Below are positions 10,418 through 21,454 of a stretch of 64,000 nt of DNA, one piece after another. The position numbers and the translations under genes were made by a program. The stretch is from NCBI GenBank assembly GCA_963730095.1, contig CAVSQJ010000002.1, positions 2,171,844 to 2,235,843 on the forward strand, given 5' to 3'. Numbering within the stretch: position 1 is the stretch's first letter; every line of letters starts with the position of its first letter. This DNA is from an uncultured Acidobacteriota bacterium (lineage in GTDB: Bacteria > Acidobacteriota > Vicinamibacteria > Vicinamibacterales > SCN-69-37). The notes under the pieces were generated by a model. The model searched no databases. It saw nothing but the letters and a program-made list of their open reading frames with translations, and was not told where the DNA came from.

Positions 10418-11179
10418 GAGCTGATCGTTTCGACGAGCGCTGACGCCAGCTCATCGACGTTCTCGCGGACGGCGAGCTGCGAGAACACGTCCTCGAGCGA
10501 CGGCGCCTGCGTCAGCTCGCGGAGCCGCGCCGCGGAATCGTCGGCCACGACGTGACCGTTGCGGAGGATGATCACGCGCGTGCTGATCTTCTCGATCGTC
10601 TCGAGCTCGTGCGAGCTGTAGAACACGATGCGGCCGTTCGCCGCGAGCATTCGCACGACGCCGCGCAGCACCAGCGCCGTCGACACGTCGAGACCAGACG
10701 CGGGCTCGTCGAGCACGAGGATGCGCGGATTGTGGAGCAGCGCGGCCGAGAGCAGCACTTTCTGCCGCATGCCCTTCGAGTAGGCGGAGAGCAGCGCGTG
10801 ACGATCGGTGTCGAGACCGAAGATCTTGAGCAGGCGATCGATCTTGCGCTCGAGCGCCGCCGGCTCGACGCCGCGGAGCCGCCCGACCAGCCGCAGGTAC
10901 TCCGGCCCGGTCAGGTACGTGTAGACGTGTGCTTCTTCGGGAACGTATCCGACGCCGGCTTTGTAGTCGGGCAGATGGTCCTGGATGTCCTCGCCCGTCG
11001 TGCAGGATCGCGCCAGTCGTCGGCGGCATCAGGCCGACGATCATCTTGACCGTCGTCGACTTGCCCGACCCGTTCGGGCCCAGATAGCCGAGCACTTCGC
11101 CCGGGCCGACCGCGAAGCTGACGTGGCTGACCGCCGTCAGCGCGCCATAGCGCTTGCTGACGTCCCGGACTTCAAGCAT
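10414..11179 (-). CDS. ABC transporter ATP-binding protein (frameshift near 10990)
   Basis: GPNGSGKST Walker A; YSKGMRQK signature; LVLDEP Walker B; H-loop SSH. Confidence 0.9.
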
Positions 11180-11194
11180 GCGAACTTAGACACT

Positions 11195-11316
11195 CAGGGT
11201 TCCAAGGGGTTCCGCACGGGTTCCAAGGGTTCCGAGGGGGTTCCAAGGGTTCACGCCCGCAGAACCCCAGGAACCTGGGCGAACCTTCAGGAACCTTCAG
11301 GAACCCGTGAAACCCC
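11195..11316. repeat. Palindromic array of ~10-bp units: (GGGTTCC..)n followed by (..GGAACC)n
   Basis: Five GGTTC units then five GAACC units; the right arm contains the lipA stop codon. Confidence 0.8.
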
Positions 11317-12232
11317 GTGCGTAGCTGTCCGCTTGTTCGTGCGCGTGGTACGACGACCGCACCAGCGGGCCGGACTCGACGTGGCCGAAACCCAGGTCGA
11401 GCGCGATGCGCTTCAGCTCGCGGAACTCGTCGGGCGTGTAGTAGCGCGCCATCGGCAGGTGAGCGAGGGACGGACGCGAGGTACTGACCGACCGTCAGAA
11501 TCTGGCAGTCGACCTTCCGGAGATCGCGGAACACGTCGACGATCTCATCCGTCGTTTCGCCCAGGCCGACCATCAGGCCGGTCTTCGTGGGAATGTCTGG
11601 CGCGCAGCGGCGCGCGCGGTCGAGCAGCTCGAGCGCGCGGGGATAGCGGCCGCCGGGCCGCGCGATGCGGTAGAGCCGCGGCACCGTCTCGGTGTTGTGG
11701 TTGAGGATGTCCGGTCTCGAGTCGAGCACCGTCGCGCAGCGACGCGTCGTTGCCCTGAAAATCCGGAATCAGCACTTCGACGCGGCACTCGGGCCGGCGC
11801 GCCTTGATCGCGCGGACGGTCTCGGCAAACACGCCGGCGCCGAAGTCCGTCGAGGTCGTCGCGATCGACCGACGTGACGACGACGTAGTCGAGCGCGAGG
11901 GTTTCGACGGCGCGCGCGAGGTTGCCGGGCTCGTGCGGATCGAGCTCGATCGGCGCGCCATGCGTGACGTTGCAGTACCCGCACGCGCGCGTGCAGACCT
12001 CGCCCATGATCATGAACGTCGCCGTGCCGTGGTGCCAGCACTCGCCGATGTTCGGGCAGTGCGCTTCCTCGCACACGGTGTGCAGCTTGAGCCCGCGCAT
12101 CAGCTCCTTGAGGCGCAGGTAGTTGGGCGAGCCGGGCGCGCGCACCTTCAGCCACTCGGGCTTCCGCTCCCGCGCGAGGACATCGTCCTTCACACGCCGG
12201 CCGCGGATGAACTGCAGGGGAGCGGTGGGCAT
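11297..12232 (-). CDS. lipA: Lipoyl synthase (several frameshifts)
   Basis: [32 protein letters not shown] radical-SAM motif, [43 protein letters not shown]. Confidence 0.95.
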
Positions 12233-12254
12233 CGGTTTTATTCTATCGGGTGTC

Positions 12255-12310
12255 GGGCTTGGGGGCTTGCGGCTTGGATTTGGAGCCCCAAGCCTCAAGC
12301 CCTAGAGCCG
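12255..12310. repeat. Palindromic 7-bp tandem array (GGGCTTG)n/(CAAGCCC)n between divergent genes
   Basis: gggcttgggggcttgcggcttgg...ccccaagcctcaagcccta. Confidence 0.7.
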
Positions 12311-12330
12311 ATCACCTATCATCGACAGCT

Positions 12331-13035
12331 ATGTCCTTATCCATTACCTGGCTTGGCCATTCGACGTTCCATCTGGTGCTTCCGAACACGAAGCGCATCG
12401 TCTTCGATCCCTGGCTCGGCAATCCGAATTGTCCGCCGGCGTGGTCGAAGCCGGATGCGCTGAAGCCGGTTGACGCCATCCTCGTGTCGCACGGCCACAA
12501 CGATCACACCGCCGACGCAATCTCGCTCGCGCGCGCGACCGGCGCGCCCGTCGTCTGCCCGCACGAGCTCGGGCTGTACTTCACGGACAAAGGCCTGCAG
12601 ACCGTGCGCGACATGGCGATCGGCGGCACGCAGGAAGTTGCGGGCCTCAAGGTCACGATGACCGCCGCGATGCACTCCGGGTCGATCGTCGACGATGGGA
12701 AAGCGGTGTACACGGGCGGGGCGACCGGTTACATCCTGCGCGTTGCCGGGATGCCGACGATCTACTTCGCGGGTGACACGGGCATTTTTGGCGACATGAA
12801 GATGCTCGGTGAGCTGTACAAGCCAGAGATCGCGTTCCTGCCGATCGGCGATCACTACACGATGGGCCCGGATACGGCGGCCATCGCTGCCAAGTGGCTT
12901 GGCGTCCGGCAGGTCGTGCCGATGCACTGGGGCACGTTCCCGCTGCTCACGGGCACGCCGGCGATGTTGAAGTCGGAGCTGGCGGGCACGGGAATTGACG
13001 TGCTCGAGCTGAAGCCGGGCGAGACGGCGAGCTGA
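12331..13035 (+). CDS. Metallo-beta-lactamase fold hydrolase (UPF0173)
   Basis: ITWLGHS, SHGHNDH, YFAGDT, LPIGDHYTMGP, PMHWGTF. Confidence 0.92.
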   Translation: MSLSITWLGHSTFHLVLPNTKRIVFDPWLGNPNCPPAWSKPDALKPVDAILVSHGHNDHTADAISLARATGAPVVCPHELGLYFTDKGLQTVRDMAIGGTQEVAGLKVTMTAAMHSGSIVDDGKAVYTGGATGYILRVAGMPTIYFAGDTGIFGDMKMLGELYKPEIAFLPIGDHYTMGPDTAAIAAKWLGVRQVVPMHWGTFPLLTGTPAMLKSELAGTGIDVLELKPGETAS

Positions 13036-13042
13036 AATGAAA

Positions 13043-13076
13043 ACGCGGCGTCGGGTGGCAAGCCCGGCGCCGCGTC
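13043..13076. terminator. Hairpin between convergent genes, possible bidirectional terminator
   Basis: ACGCGGCGTCGGG...CCCGGCGCCGCGT stem, preceded by an A-run (U-tail on the minus strand). Confidence 0.6.
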
Positions 13077-13095
13077 TGGATTGATTGTCTCGCGT

Positions 13096-16000
13096 CTACT
13101 TCTTGTCGAGCCAGATATCCTCGAGCACTTTGAACGTCTGTGACCCGGCTTCCTTGCCGTTAACGGTCAACGTGACCTTGTACGGTCCTGGCTGAAGTCC
13201 GCCACCACCACCGCCGCGGCCGCCGCCGCCACCGAAGCCGCGCCCGCCACCGCCCTGTGGGGCAAAGCACTGGCTCGGTCCAGGCGTCGGGTTGCCGGCA
13301 GCCGCCGCGCCGGCGCCACCGCCGCCAGCTGCGCCGCCACCGCCGCCAGCTGCGCCGCCGCCACCGCCGCCAGCCGCACCACCGCCGCCGCCGCCGCGGC
13401 CGCCACCACCGCCGCCCGCGCGGTCATCGGTGAACGCCCACTGGAAGCGATTCAGGCCCGCAGCCAGGCCGCCGTTGGTCGAATCGGCCGAGCAGCTGTG
13501 AATCACCGCGCCGCTCTCGAGATCGGTGACGGTAATCTTCGCGTCCGACGCGGCCGATTTCAGCCAGTACGCGATCGCCGTGCCGCGCGGCGCGTTCTCA
13601 CCTTCCCAGAACTTGTTGCCCGGCACTTCGGTCCTCTGGCGTGAAGTCGTTCTTCCACTGCACGGCGTCGCGCGGCTTGAACAGCACCGCGTCGCCGCTC
13701 ATGTCGGACGCCATCGCCTCGAGCGCGCGTGATGTCGTCCATGATCCACACGCTGAACGCATGGCTCGAGAGCATCAGGTCGTGCTCGCGCGGATGCACG
13801 AGCACTTCGTCCATCGTCCGATCGGCAGGTTCGGCATGAACCGGCTCCACGCCTTGCCGCCGTCGAGCGAGATGTAGAAGCCGAGCTCGGTCGGCGCGAA
13901 GAGCAGGTTGCGGTTGACCGGATCCTCGCGGATCGAGTTCACGTTGCCGACGGCCGGCAGGTTGCCGGACACGGACGTCCACGTCGCGCCGTAGTCGGTC
14001 GTCTTGAAGATGTACGGCTTCAGGTCGTCGTTGCGGTGGCCGTCGAGCGCGAGATACGCCGTGCCCGCGTCGAAGTGCGACGCCTCGAGGCCCGACACGT
14101 AGTACTCGTGGTTGACGCCCGGGACGTTCTTGCCGACTTCCGTCCACGTCCTGCCGCCGTCCTTGCTCACCTGGACGTTGCCGTCATCCGTGCCGACCCA
14201 GAGGATGCCCGGCACGACGGACGACTCCGCGATCTCCGTCGCCGTGCCGAACTCGTTCTGCGACGTAGCCGTCGTGACTTCGAGAGGATGCAGGCGACGC
14301 CCGGCGCGTTCGGCCGGCACACCGGCTCGGCGTACGAGACGCCGAGAATCTGACGCTTGTCGAGGTCGATCTTCTTGCCCAGCTCCTCGGTCATCGTCCA
14401 CGTGTCGCCCTGGTTGTGCGAGATGAAGAGCTGATGTCCGCCAAGGTAGAGGACGTTCGAGTCGTGCGGCGAGAGCAGCATCGGCGAGTTCCAGTTGAAC
14501 TGGATCACGGTGCCCTGCGCGGGTTCCGGAATGATGTTGCCGCGCCCGCCGCCGCCGAAGCCGCCGCCTCCGCCACCACCACCGCCGCCGCGCCCGCCGC
14601 CGCAGCTCGGGCAGATCGGCTTGATGCTGCGCGTCACGCCCGTGGCGAGGTCGTAGCGCTGGATGCCGGCGTTCTGCGACTCGGTGATGAACACGTTCTC
14701 GTTGCGTCGGATCGATCACGTTCTGGAACCCGTCGCCGCCGCCGACGCTCATCCAGTCCCACATCCGGATGCCCTGCGTGCTCCGCGTCGAGCTCGGTCC
14801 GCACCACGACCCGTTGTCCTGCAGACCCGTGCACACCATGTACGGATGGCCCATGCTCGACCGACGCGTGATACGCGAGGCCGACGCCGCTCAGACGCAC
14901 GGACTCGAACGTCGTCGCCGCCGTCCTACGAGACGTCCAGGCCGCCGTCGTCGCCGTACATCAGGTGCTTGCTGTTCAGCGGATCGATCCAGATCGCGTG
15001 GTTGTCGACGTGGCCCTTGCGGCCGTTCTCGATGTCGAACCAGGTCTTGCCGCCGTCGGTCGATTTCTGCGCGTTGACGCCGCCCTTGTAGACGATGTTC
15101 GCATCGTTCGGATCGACGCGGATCTGGCTGAAGTACATCGGGCGATCGTTGGTCGCCTCCATCTGCACGAGGAACTGCCACGTCTTGCCGTGGTCGATCG
15201 ACTTGAAGATGCCCGACGCCTGCGGGTCGGGCGGACCAGTGTTGCCGCCGCGTCCACCGCCACCGCCGCCGGGGCCACCCGCGCCGCCGCCCTGCGCGCC
15301 GGCCTGCGGATTGTTCGGGGTCGCGGCCGCGCCGGCGCCGCCACCGGCCGCTGCCGCGCCGCCGCCGCGACGTCCGCCGCGTCCTCCCGCCGCCTGATTG
15401 GTCTGGCCGGCCGGAGCAGCAGTCACGGCAGGAGCCGCGCCCGGCTTTTCCTTGTCCGGCGCGACTTCAATCTCCGCGTAGAGCACGTTCGGATTCGTCT
15501 TGCAGATGTCGAGCGCGATGCGGCCCATCGTGCCGTTCGGCAGGCCGTTGCCCGTCTGCTTCTTCCACGTCTTGCCGCCGTCGGTGCTCGCGTAGAGTCC
15601 GCTGCCCGGGCCGCCGCCGTTGAAGCCCCACGCCGTGCGCTGCCGCTCGTACATCGCGGCCCACAGGTTCATCGGATTCGCCGGGTCGATGATGATTTCC
15701 GTGGCGCCGGTGTTCTCGTCGACGTAGAGCGTCCTCGTCCACGTCTTGCCGCCGTCGGTCGTCATGTACAGGCCGCGCTCGGGATTCGAGCCGTAGAGAT
15801 GCCCGCCGACGGCGATCCAAACGATGTTCGGGTCCTTCGGGTGGACGACGACGCGCCCGAGCGTCTGGGCGCTATCGAAGTTGCCGATCTTGGTGAAGGT
15901 CGGCTGCTCGGCGAGCGCGTTCGTGCTCTTGTAGAGACCGTCGCCGTAGGACGTCGTCTGGCGGTTGTTCGCCTCGCCGGTCGCGACGTAGAGGATGTTC

Positions 16001-16366
16001 GGATCCGAGGGCGCCAGCGTCAGGTCGGCGATCGATGACGCGCCGTAGGTCTGGAAGATCGGTTCGAACGTCGTGCCGTTGTTCATCGTGCTTCCAGACG
16101 CCGCTCACGGCGTAGCCGATGAAGTAGGTCGACGGGTTCTTCTCGTCGACGGCGAAGTCATCGATGCGCGCGCCCTGGCCGACCGGCCCGATCGAGCGCC
16201 ACTTGAAACCGCGGAGCAGCGGGTTGTCGGGTTCGTTGATGATCGGCTTCGGGGGCGGGGCACCTCCTCGTCCCTGCGCCGCGAGATTCACCGCGAGCGC
16301 GGCGGAGGCGACAATCAACCCCCCAACAAGTGTCCAGACAGAGAACCGGGAACGTGCCGTGGTCAT
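13096..16366 (-). CDS. Secreted Vps10/sortilin-like BNR-repeat beta-propeller protein (glycosyl-hydrolase-like), several frameshifts
   Basis: FKWRSIGP..G.RI.D, multiple S/T-x-D-G-G-K-T-W Asp boxes, HVDNHAIWIDP, GLQDNGSW, C-terminal PGPYKVTL; Gly/Arg-rich linkers. Confidence 0.85.
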
Positions 16367-16468
16367 GAACCAGTCTCCTCAGAGTCAAGGGGGCAGGCGG
16401 ACGACCGCCCGCCGTCGCGGAAAAACGGACCAATCCTACCCCAAATAGGAGTTCAGGGCCGGGTCCGT

Positions 16469-17266
16469 TTACACGCGAGCCGCGGCCGCCGCGGAATTGT
16501 GGGGCGGCCGCTCGAGGAGTTTGACCAGCCGATCGACGGTCTGGGTGGGGGCCAGATTCGAGGTTTCGACCGCAACGGCGGCCCGCGCGTAGAGCGGGTC
16601 ACGGCGGGCGACGAGCTGCCGGAGCGCCTCGCGGGCGTGGGGGTGCTGCTCCATCGGGCGCCGGTCGCCCTGACGACTGACGCGGGTCCAGTAGTCGGCA
16701 GGCCGGGCCTTGAGCCAGACGGTGATGGTGTCCCGCAGGAGCAGTGCATAGGTATCCGGAGACGTCACGAGGCCGCCGCCGACGGTCAGGACCAGCGGCT
16801 GGCGCTGGGCGAGGAGGTCGACCAGCACCTCGCGCTCGAGGCGGCGGTAGTACTCCTCGCCGTGCAGCGAGAAGATCTCGCTGAGGGTCAGGCCGGCTCG
16901 CGTTTCGATCTGCCGATCCAGTTCGACGAAGCGCCGCTTGAGCCGGCGGGCGAGCCGGCGCCCAATGGTCGTTTTTCCGGCGCCGCGCAGACCGAGCAGG
17001 GCGATGGCGCGCGGGCCGTCGGCCTCGGCGGGGGGCGTCACGAGGTCGGCCGCCGTGGTCTCGAGCGCGGCGGCGAGATCGGCGAGCCGCCGGACGGAGA
17101 TGTTGCCGCGCCCGGCCTCGACGTCCATCAGAAAGCGCAGGGACAGGCCGGAGCGATCGGCCAGGCGGCGCAGGGTCAGGCCGCGCTGCACGCGCAGGGC
17201 GCGCGCGCGCTGGCTGAGCGTCGCGAGCACCGGGGCAGGGCGGCCGGATGCGGCAGTATGTTTCAT
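16469..17266 (-). CDS. boxR: BoxR/BzdR-type regulator (XRE HTH + shikimate-kinase-like benzoyl-CoA sensor)
   Basis: RGLTLRRLADRSGLSLRFLMDVEAGRGNIS HTH; LLGLRGAGKTT P-loop; GEEYYRRLE; RVSRQGDRRPM; divergent from boxC. Confidence 0.85.
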   Translation of the reverse strand: MKHTAASGRPAPVLATLSQRARALRVQRGLTLRRLADRSGLSLRFLMDVEAGRGNISVRRLADLAAALETTAADLVTPPAEADGPRAIALLGLRGAGKTTIGRRLARRLKRRFVELDRQIETRAGLTLSEIFSLHGEEYYRRLEREVLVDLLAQRQPLVLTVGGGLVTSPDTYALLLRDTITVWLKARPADYWTRVSRQGDRRPMEQHPHAREALRQLVARRDPLYARAAVAVETSNLAPTQTVDRLVKLLERPPHNSAAAAARV

Positions 17267-17340
17267 CACACGCGCCTGAGGTGCATTATACTGCCTTGAC
17301 ACCGCTCCGCGGCCGCCGGTAGGCTGGTCGTTGCACTATG
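17252..17340. promoter_or_regulatory. Divergent boxR/boxC promoters with three candidate BoxR operators
   Basis: TTGACA(17296)-18-TAGGCT on +; TATAAT on - at 17285-17290; TGCATTATACTGCC, TGCACTATG and GGCAGTATGTTTCA resemble the TGCA-containing BzdR/BoxR boxes. Confidence 0.6.
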
Positions 17341-19001
17341 GCCACCACCGCGAGCCGCACCCTCGGTCCTCTGTCCTTCGAGACCCACCCGAAGCGCTAC
17401 CGTCACTGGAAGCTCGCGTTCGACGGGCCGGTCGCCACGCTCTCGATGGACGTGCAGGAGGACGCGGGCCTCTCGCCCGACTACAAGCTGAAGCTCAACT
17501 CGTACGATCTCGGCGTCGACATCGAGCTCGCCGACGCCATTCAGCGCCTGCGCTTCGAGCATCCGGAGGTGCACGCCGTCGTCGTGACGAGCCTCAAGGA
17601 GCGGATCTTCTGCGCCGGCGCGAACATCTTCATGCTGCGCGGCTCGACGCACGCGTGGAAGGTGAACTTCTGCAAGTTCACCAACGAGACGCGGCTCGCG
17701 ATGGAAGACGCCAGCGCGCATTCCGGCATCGCCTTCCTCGCCGCGCTCAACGGCATCTGCGCGGGCGGCGGCTACGAGCTCGCGCTCGCGTGCGACGAGA
17801 TTCTGCTCGTCGACGACTCGAACTCGGCCGTGAGTCTGCCGGAGACGCCGCTGCTCGGCGTGCTGCCCGGCACGGGCGGGCTGACGCGCGTCGTCGACAA
17901 GCGAAAGGTCCGGCGCGATCTCGCCGACGTGTTCGGCACGCTGGCCGAGGGCGTCAAGGGCAAGCGCGCGGTGGAGTGGGGGCTGGTCGATGCGTCGCGC
18001 CCGCGAGCCGGTTCAAGGAGGCCGTGGCGAAGCGCGCGGCCGAGCTGGCGGCGAAATCGGATCGGCCCGCCGCGGGTCCAGGCATCGCCCTCAATCCGCT
18101 CGCGCTCGAGGCGTCGGCCGACGAGCTCGAGTACTCCTCGGTGGCGCTCACGATTCGATCGCGCGAAGCGCGTCGCGACGCTCGTCGTCAGGCGCCGGTA
18201 CAGCCGGTCGAGTCCACGCCCGAGGCGATTCTCGCGGCGGGCGACCAGTTCTGGCCGCTCCGCGCGTTCCGCGAGCTCGACGATGCGCTCCTGAGATTGC
18301 GCGTCAACGAGCCCGAGATCGGCACGGTCGTCGTCAAGACCGAGGGCGATCCCGCCGCTCGTCCTCGAGGCCGACAACGTGCTGCTCGAACACGCAGTCG
18401 CACTGGCTGGTGCGCGAGGTCGTGCACTTCATCAAGCGCACGCTCAAGCGCGTGGACCTGTCGGCGCGCAGCTTCTTCGCGGTCATCGAGCCGGGCAACG
18501 CGTTCGCCGGGACGCTCTTCGAGCTCGCGCTCGCCGCGGACCGATCGTACATGCTCGACGATCCCGATCAGACGAACGCGATTCAGTTGTCCGGCATGAA
18601 CGCCGGGCCGCTGCCGATGAGCAACGGCCTGACGCGGCTCGCGACGCGCTTCTACGGCGCGCCGGAGAAAGCCGGCGAGGCGCTCGCGCACGACGGGCCG
18701 TTCGATCCGCAGGCGGCGCTCGAAGCCGGGCTCGTCACGTTCGCGCCCGACGAAATCGACTGGGACGACGAAGTGCGCCTCGCCGTCGAAGAGCCGCGCC
18801 GCGCTCTCGCCCGACGCGCTGACCGGCATGGAAGCGAACCTGCGCTTCGTCGGCCCGGAGACGATCGAGACGAAGATCTTCGGCCGCCTCTCCGCGTGGC
18901 AGAACTGGATCTTCCAGCGGCCGAACGCCGTCGGGCCCAAAGGCGCGCTGACGTCGTACGGCACGGCGGACCGGGCGGAGTTCGACTTCGGGAGGACGTA
19001 G
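17338..19001 (+). CDS. boxC: 2,3-epoxybenzoyl-CoA dihydrolase (frameshifted)
   Basis: YRHWKL, KLNSYDLGVDIELADAIQRLRFEHPEV, HAWKVNFCKFTNETR, METKIFGRLSAWQNWIFQRPNAVG-type C-terminus. Confidence 0.95.
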
Positions 19002-19018
19002 GACGACCTGAGACGCAC

Positions 19019-19041
19019 CTTGGACGTTGGACCTTGGACCG
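19019..19041 (+). repeat. 7-bp tandem repeat (CTTGGAC x3)
   Basis: cttggac gttggac cttggac between boxC and boxB. Confidence 0.55.
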
Positions 19042-19050
19042 AGGACGACC

Positions 19051-20472
19051 ATGATCTCCGCCGACCGCATTCCCAACAACGTCGACCTGCACATGAACAA
19101 GCGCCTGCAGCGGGCGCTCGAGCATTGGCAGCCGCACTACATCCAGTGGTGGCACGACATGGGGCCGCAGGGCTTCCAGGACTACCACCAGGTCTACGTG
19201 CGCACGGCGGTGAGCGTCGATCCGTCCGGCTGGGCGCACTTCGAGTACGTGAAGCTGCCCGACTACCGCTGGGGCATTTTCCTCGCCGACCCGGTCGTCA
19301 ACCGCACGATCGGCTTCGGCGACTTCTTCGGCCAGCCGGTGTGGCAGGAAGTGCCGGGCGAGTTCCGCAATCAGCTGCGCCGCCTGATCGTCACGCAGGG
19401 CGACACCGAGCCCGCGAGCGTCGAGCAGCAGCGCTGGCTCGGGCATCGGTGCCCGAGCCTGTACGACCTGCGCAATCTGTTTCAGGTCAACGTCGAAGAG
19501 GGCCGCCACCTCTGGGCGATGGTCTACCTGCTGCACTCGTACTTCGGCCGCGACGGCCGCGACGAGGCGGAGGATCTGCTCGCGCGCCAGAGCGGCAATC
19601 GCGACAAGCCGCGCATCCTCGACGCGTTCAACGAGCCGATCGACACGTGGCTCGACTTCTTCATGTTCACGATGTTCACCGATCGCGACGGCAAGTCCCA
19701 GCTGCTGTCGCTCTCGGAGAGCTCGCTCGATCCGCTGTCGCGGACGACGCGCTTCATGCTCACCGAAGAAGCGCACCACATGTTCGTCGGCGAGACCGGC
19801 ATCGCGCGCATCGTCGAGCGCACGTGCCAGCTGATGAAGGAAGCGGGGTTCTCCGAGGACATCCGCCCGCTCGGCGGCATCGACCTGCCGACGCTGCAGA
19901 AGCACATCAACCTCTGGTTCTCGCTGAGCCTCGATCTGCACGGCAACGAGATCTCGACGAACGCCGCGGCGTACTTCGCCAACGGCCTCAAGGGCCGCGC
20001 CGAGGAGGCGAAGTGGGACGACCACCGCGTCGTCGACGACGAGCTACGACGCTCGAGACGGTGCGGGACGGGGCGGTCGTGGCGCGCCGAGATGCCGATG
20101 CGCAACGCGATGAACGAGGTGCTGCGCGACTGGTACGTCGAGGACTGCCAGGCCGGCGTGACGCGTTGGAACAAGATCTTCGAGCGCTACGGCATGTCCG
20201 ATCGCCTGCGGCTGCCGGACCGGAAGTTCAACCGCGGCATCGGCCAGTTCGCCGGCTTCCATTTCGATCCGGACGGCCGCATGCTGTCCGACGAGGAGTG
20301 GACGCGCCGGCGCGACGAGTGGCTGCCGAACGCCGCCGACAAGGCGTTCCTGCTCAGCATCATGAACCAGTCGATCTACGAGCCGGGACGCTTCGCCAAC
20401 TACATCGCGCCGCCGCAGCGAGGCGTCAAGGGCACGCCGGTCAACTTCGAGTATGTGAGAACGGAGCTGTGA
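19051..20472 (+). CDS. boxB: Benzoyl-CoA 2,3-epoxidase diiron subunit
   Basis: IPNNVDL, WWHDMGP, QGDTEPASVEQQ, VNVEEGRHLWAM, TDRDGK, TEEAHHMFVG diiron motifs; a compensated local frameshift near 20045-20090 is likely. Confidence 0.96.
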   Translation: MISADRIPNNVDLHMNKRLQRALEHWQPHYIQWWHDMGPQGFQDYHQVYVRTAVSVDPSGWAHFEYVKLPDYRWGIFLADPVVNRTIGFGDFFGQPVWQEVPGEFRNQLRRLIVTQGDTEPASVEQQRWLGHRCPSLYDLRNLFQVNVEEGRHLWAMVYLLHSYFGRDGRDEAEDLLARQSGNRDKPRILDAFNEPIDTWLDFFMFTMFTDRDGKSQLLSLSESSLDPLSRTTRFMLTEEAHHMFVGETGIARIVERTCQLMKEAGFSEDIRPLGGIDLPTLQKHINLWFSLSLDLHGNEISTNAAAYFANGLKGRAEEAKWDDHRVVDDELRRSRRCGTGRSWRAEMPMRNAMNEVLRDWYVEDCQAGVTRWNKIFERYGMSDRLRLPDRKFNRGIGQFAGFHFDPDGRMLSDEEWTRRRDEWLPNAADKAFLLSIMNQSIYEPGRFANYIAPPQRGVKGTPVNFEYVRTEL

Positions 20473-20556
20473 AGGTCGAAAAGTCGACAAGTCGACAAGT
20501 CGACAAGTCGGGAAGTCGAAGAATCGACAAGTCGTCTGAGTGCTGAGTCTGGAGTG
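20473..20556 (+). repeat. 8-bp tandem repeat (AAGTCGAC/AAGTCGGG) followed by TGAGTGC-like 7-mers
   Basis: aagtcgac aagtcgac aagtcgac aagtcggg aagtcg...; same family at 22912 and 40956. Confidence 0.85.
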
Positions 20557-20559
20557 CGC

Positions 20560-21358
20560 GTGAAGGTCACTCGAGAGATTCGAAACGGCGTCGCCATCCT
20601 GACGCTCAATGAGCCGCCGGCGAACACGTACAGCTACGAGATGATGCGCGAGCTCGACGCGGCGATGCTCGACGCGCGCATGGATGCGGCCGTGCACGTG
20701 ATCGTCCTGACGGGCGCAGGCGAGAAGTTCTTCTGCGCCGGCGCGACGATCGGGATGCTCAAGGACGCCGACGCCCGACGTTCAAGTACTACTTCTGCCT
20801 GCACGCCAACGAGACGCTGAACCGGCTCGAGCAGACGCCGAAGCTCGTCATCGCCGCGCTCAACGGCCACACCGTCGGCGGCGGACTCGAGGTCGCGATG
20901 GCCGCGGACCTGCGCATCGCCCGCGCTGGCGCCGGCAAGATCGGCCTGCCCGAAGTCAGCTCTGGGCGTGCTGCCGGGCACGGGCGGCACGCAGCGCCTG
21001 GCGCGGCTCGTCGGCAAGGCCCGGGCGATCGAGCTCATGGTCACCGGCCGGCTGATGACGATGGACGAAGCGCTGCGCGCTCGGCCTCGTCACCGACGTC
21101 TGGGACGATGCGAAGCTCGAGGGCCGCACGTTTCTCGACGCGGTCGTCGAATACGCGCGCAGTTCACGCCGCCGCACAAGGCGAGCATGGCCGTCGGCCG
21201 CATCAAGCGCGCCGTGCAATCGGGCGCCGAAGCGGGATTTGGCGAAGGCCTCGCGCTCGAGCGCGAGCTCCAGCAGCTACCTGTTCGAGAGCCGCGACGC
21301 CAAGGAAGGCATCGCCGCGAGTCTGGAGAAGCGGAAGCCGACGTTTACTGGCGACTGA
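20560..21358 (+). CDS. Enoyl-CoA hydratase/isomerase (frameshifted)
   Basis: EKFFCAGA, ALNGHTVGGGLEVAMAADLRIA, GLPEV, LPGTGGTQRLARLVG; GGAG RBS before GTG 20560. Confidence 0.9.
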
Positions 21359-21454
21359 CGCGCCCAGATGAGCGCGGGCCTGGCCCCGATTGGCGTCAGC
21401 CGGGCCTGACCCGTTGGACCGCTCGAAGCGTTACGCTGACCCAGAGGCAGACAC

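Noticed and set aside
16469-17266. Shikimate kinase aroK
   Set aside because: The N-terminal XRE HTH and the position divergent from boxC identify a BoxR/BzdR regulator
21375-21413. GGGCCTG(G/A)CCC direct repeat between ECH and ALDH
   Set aside because: Only two short copies; it may be another REP-like remnant but is too weak to call
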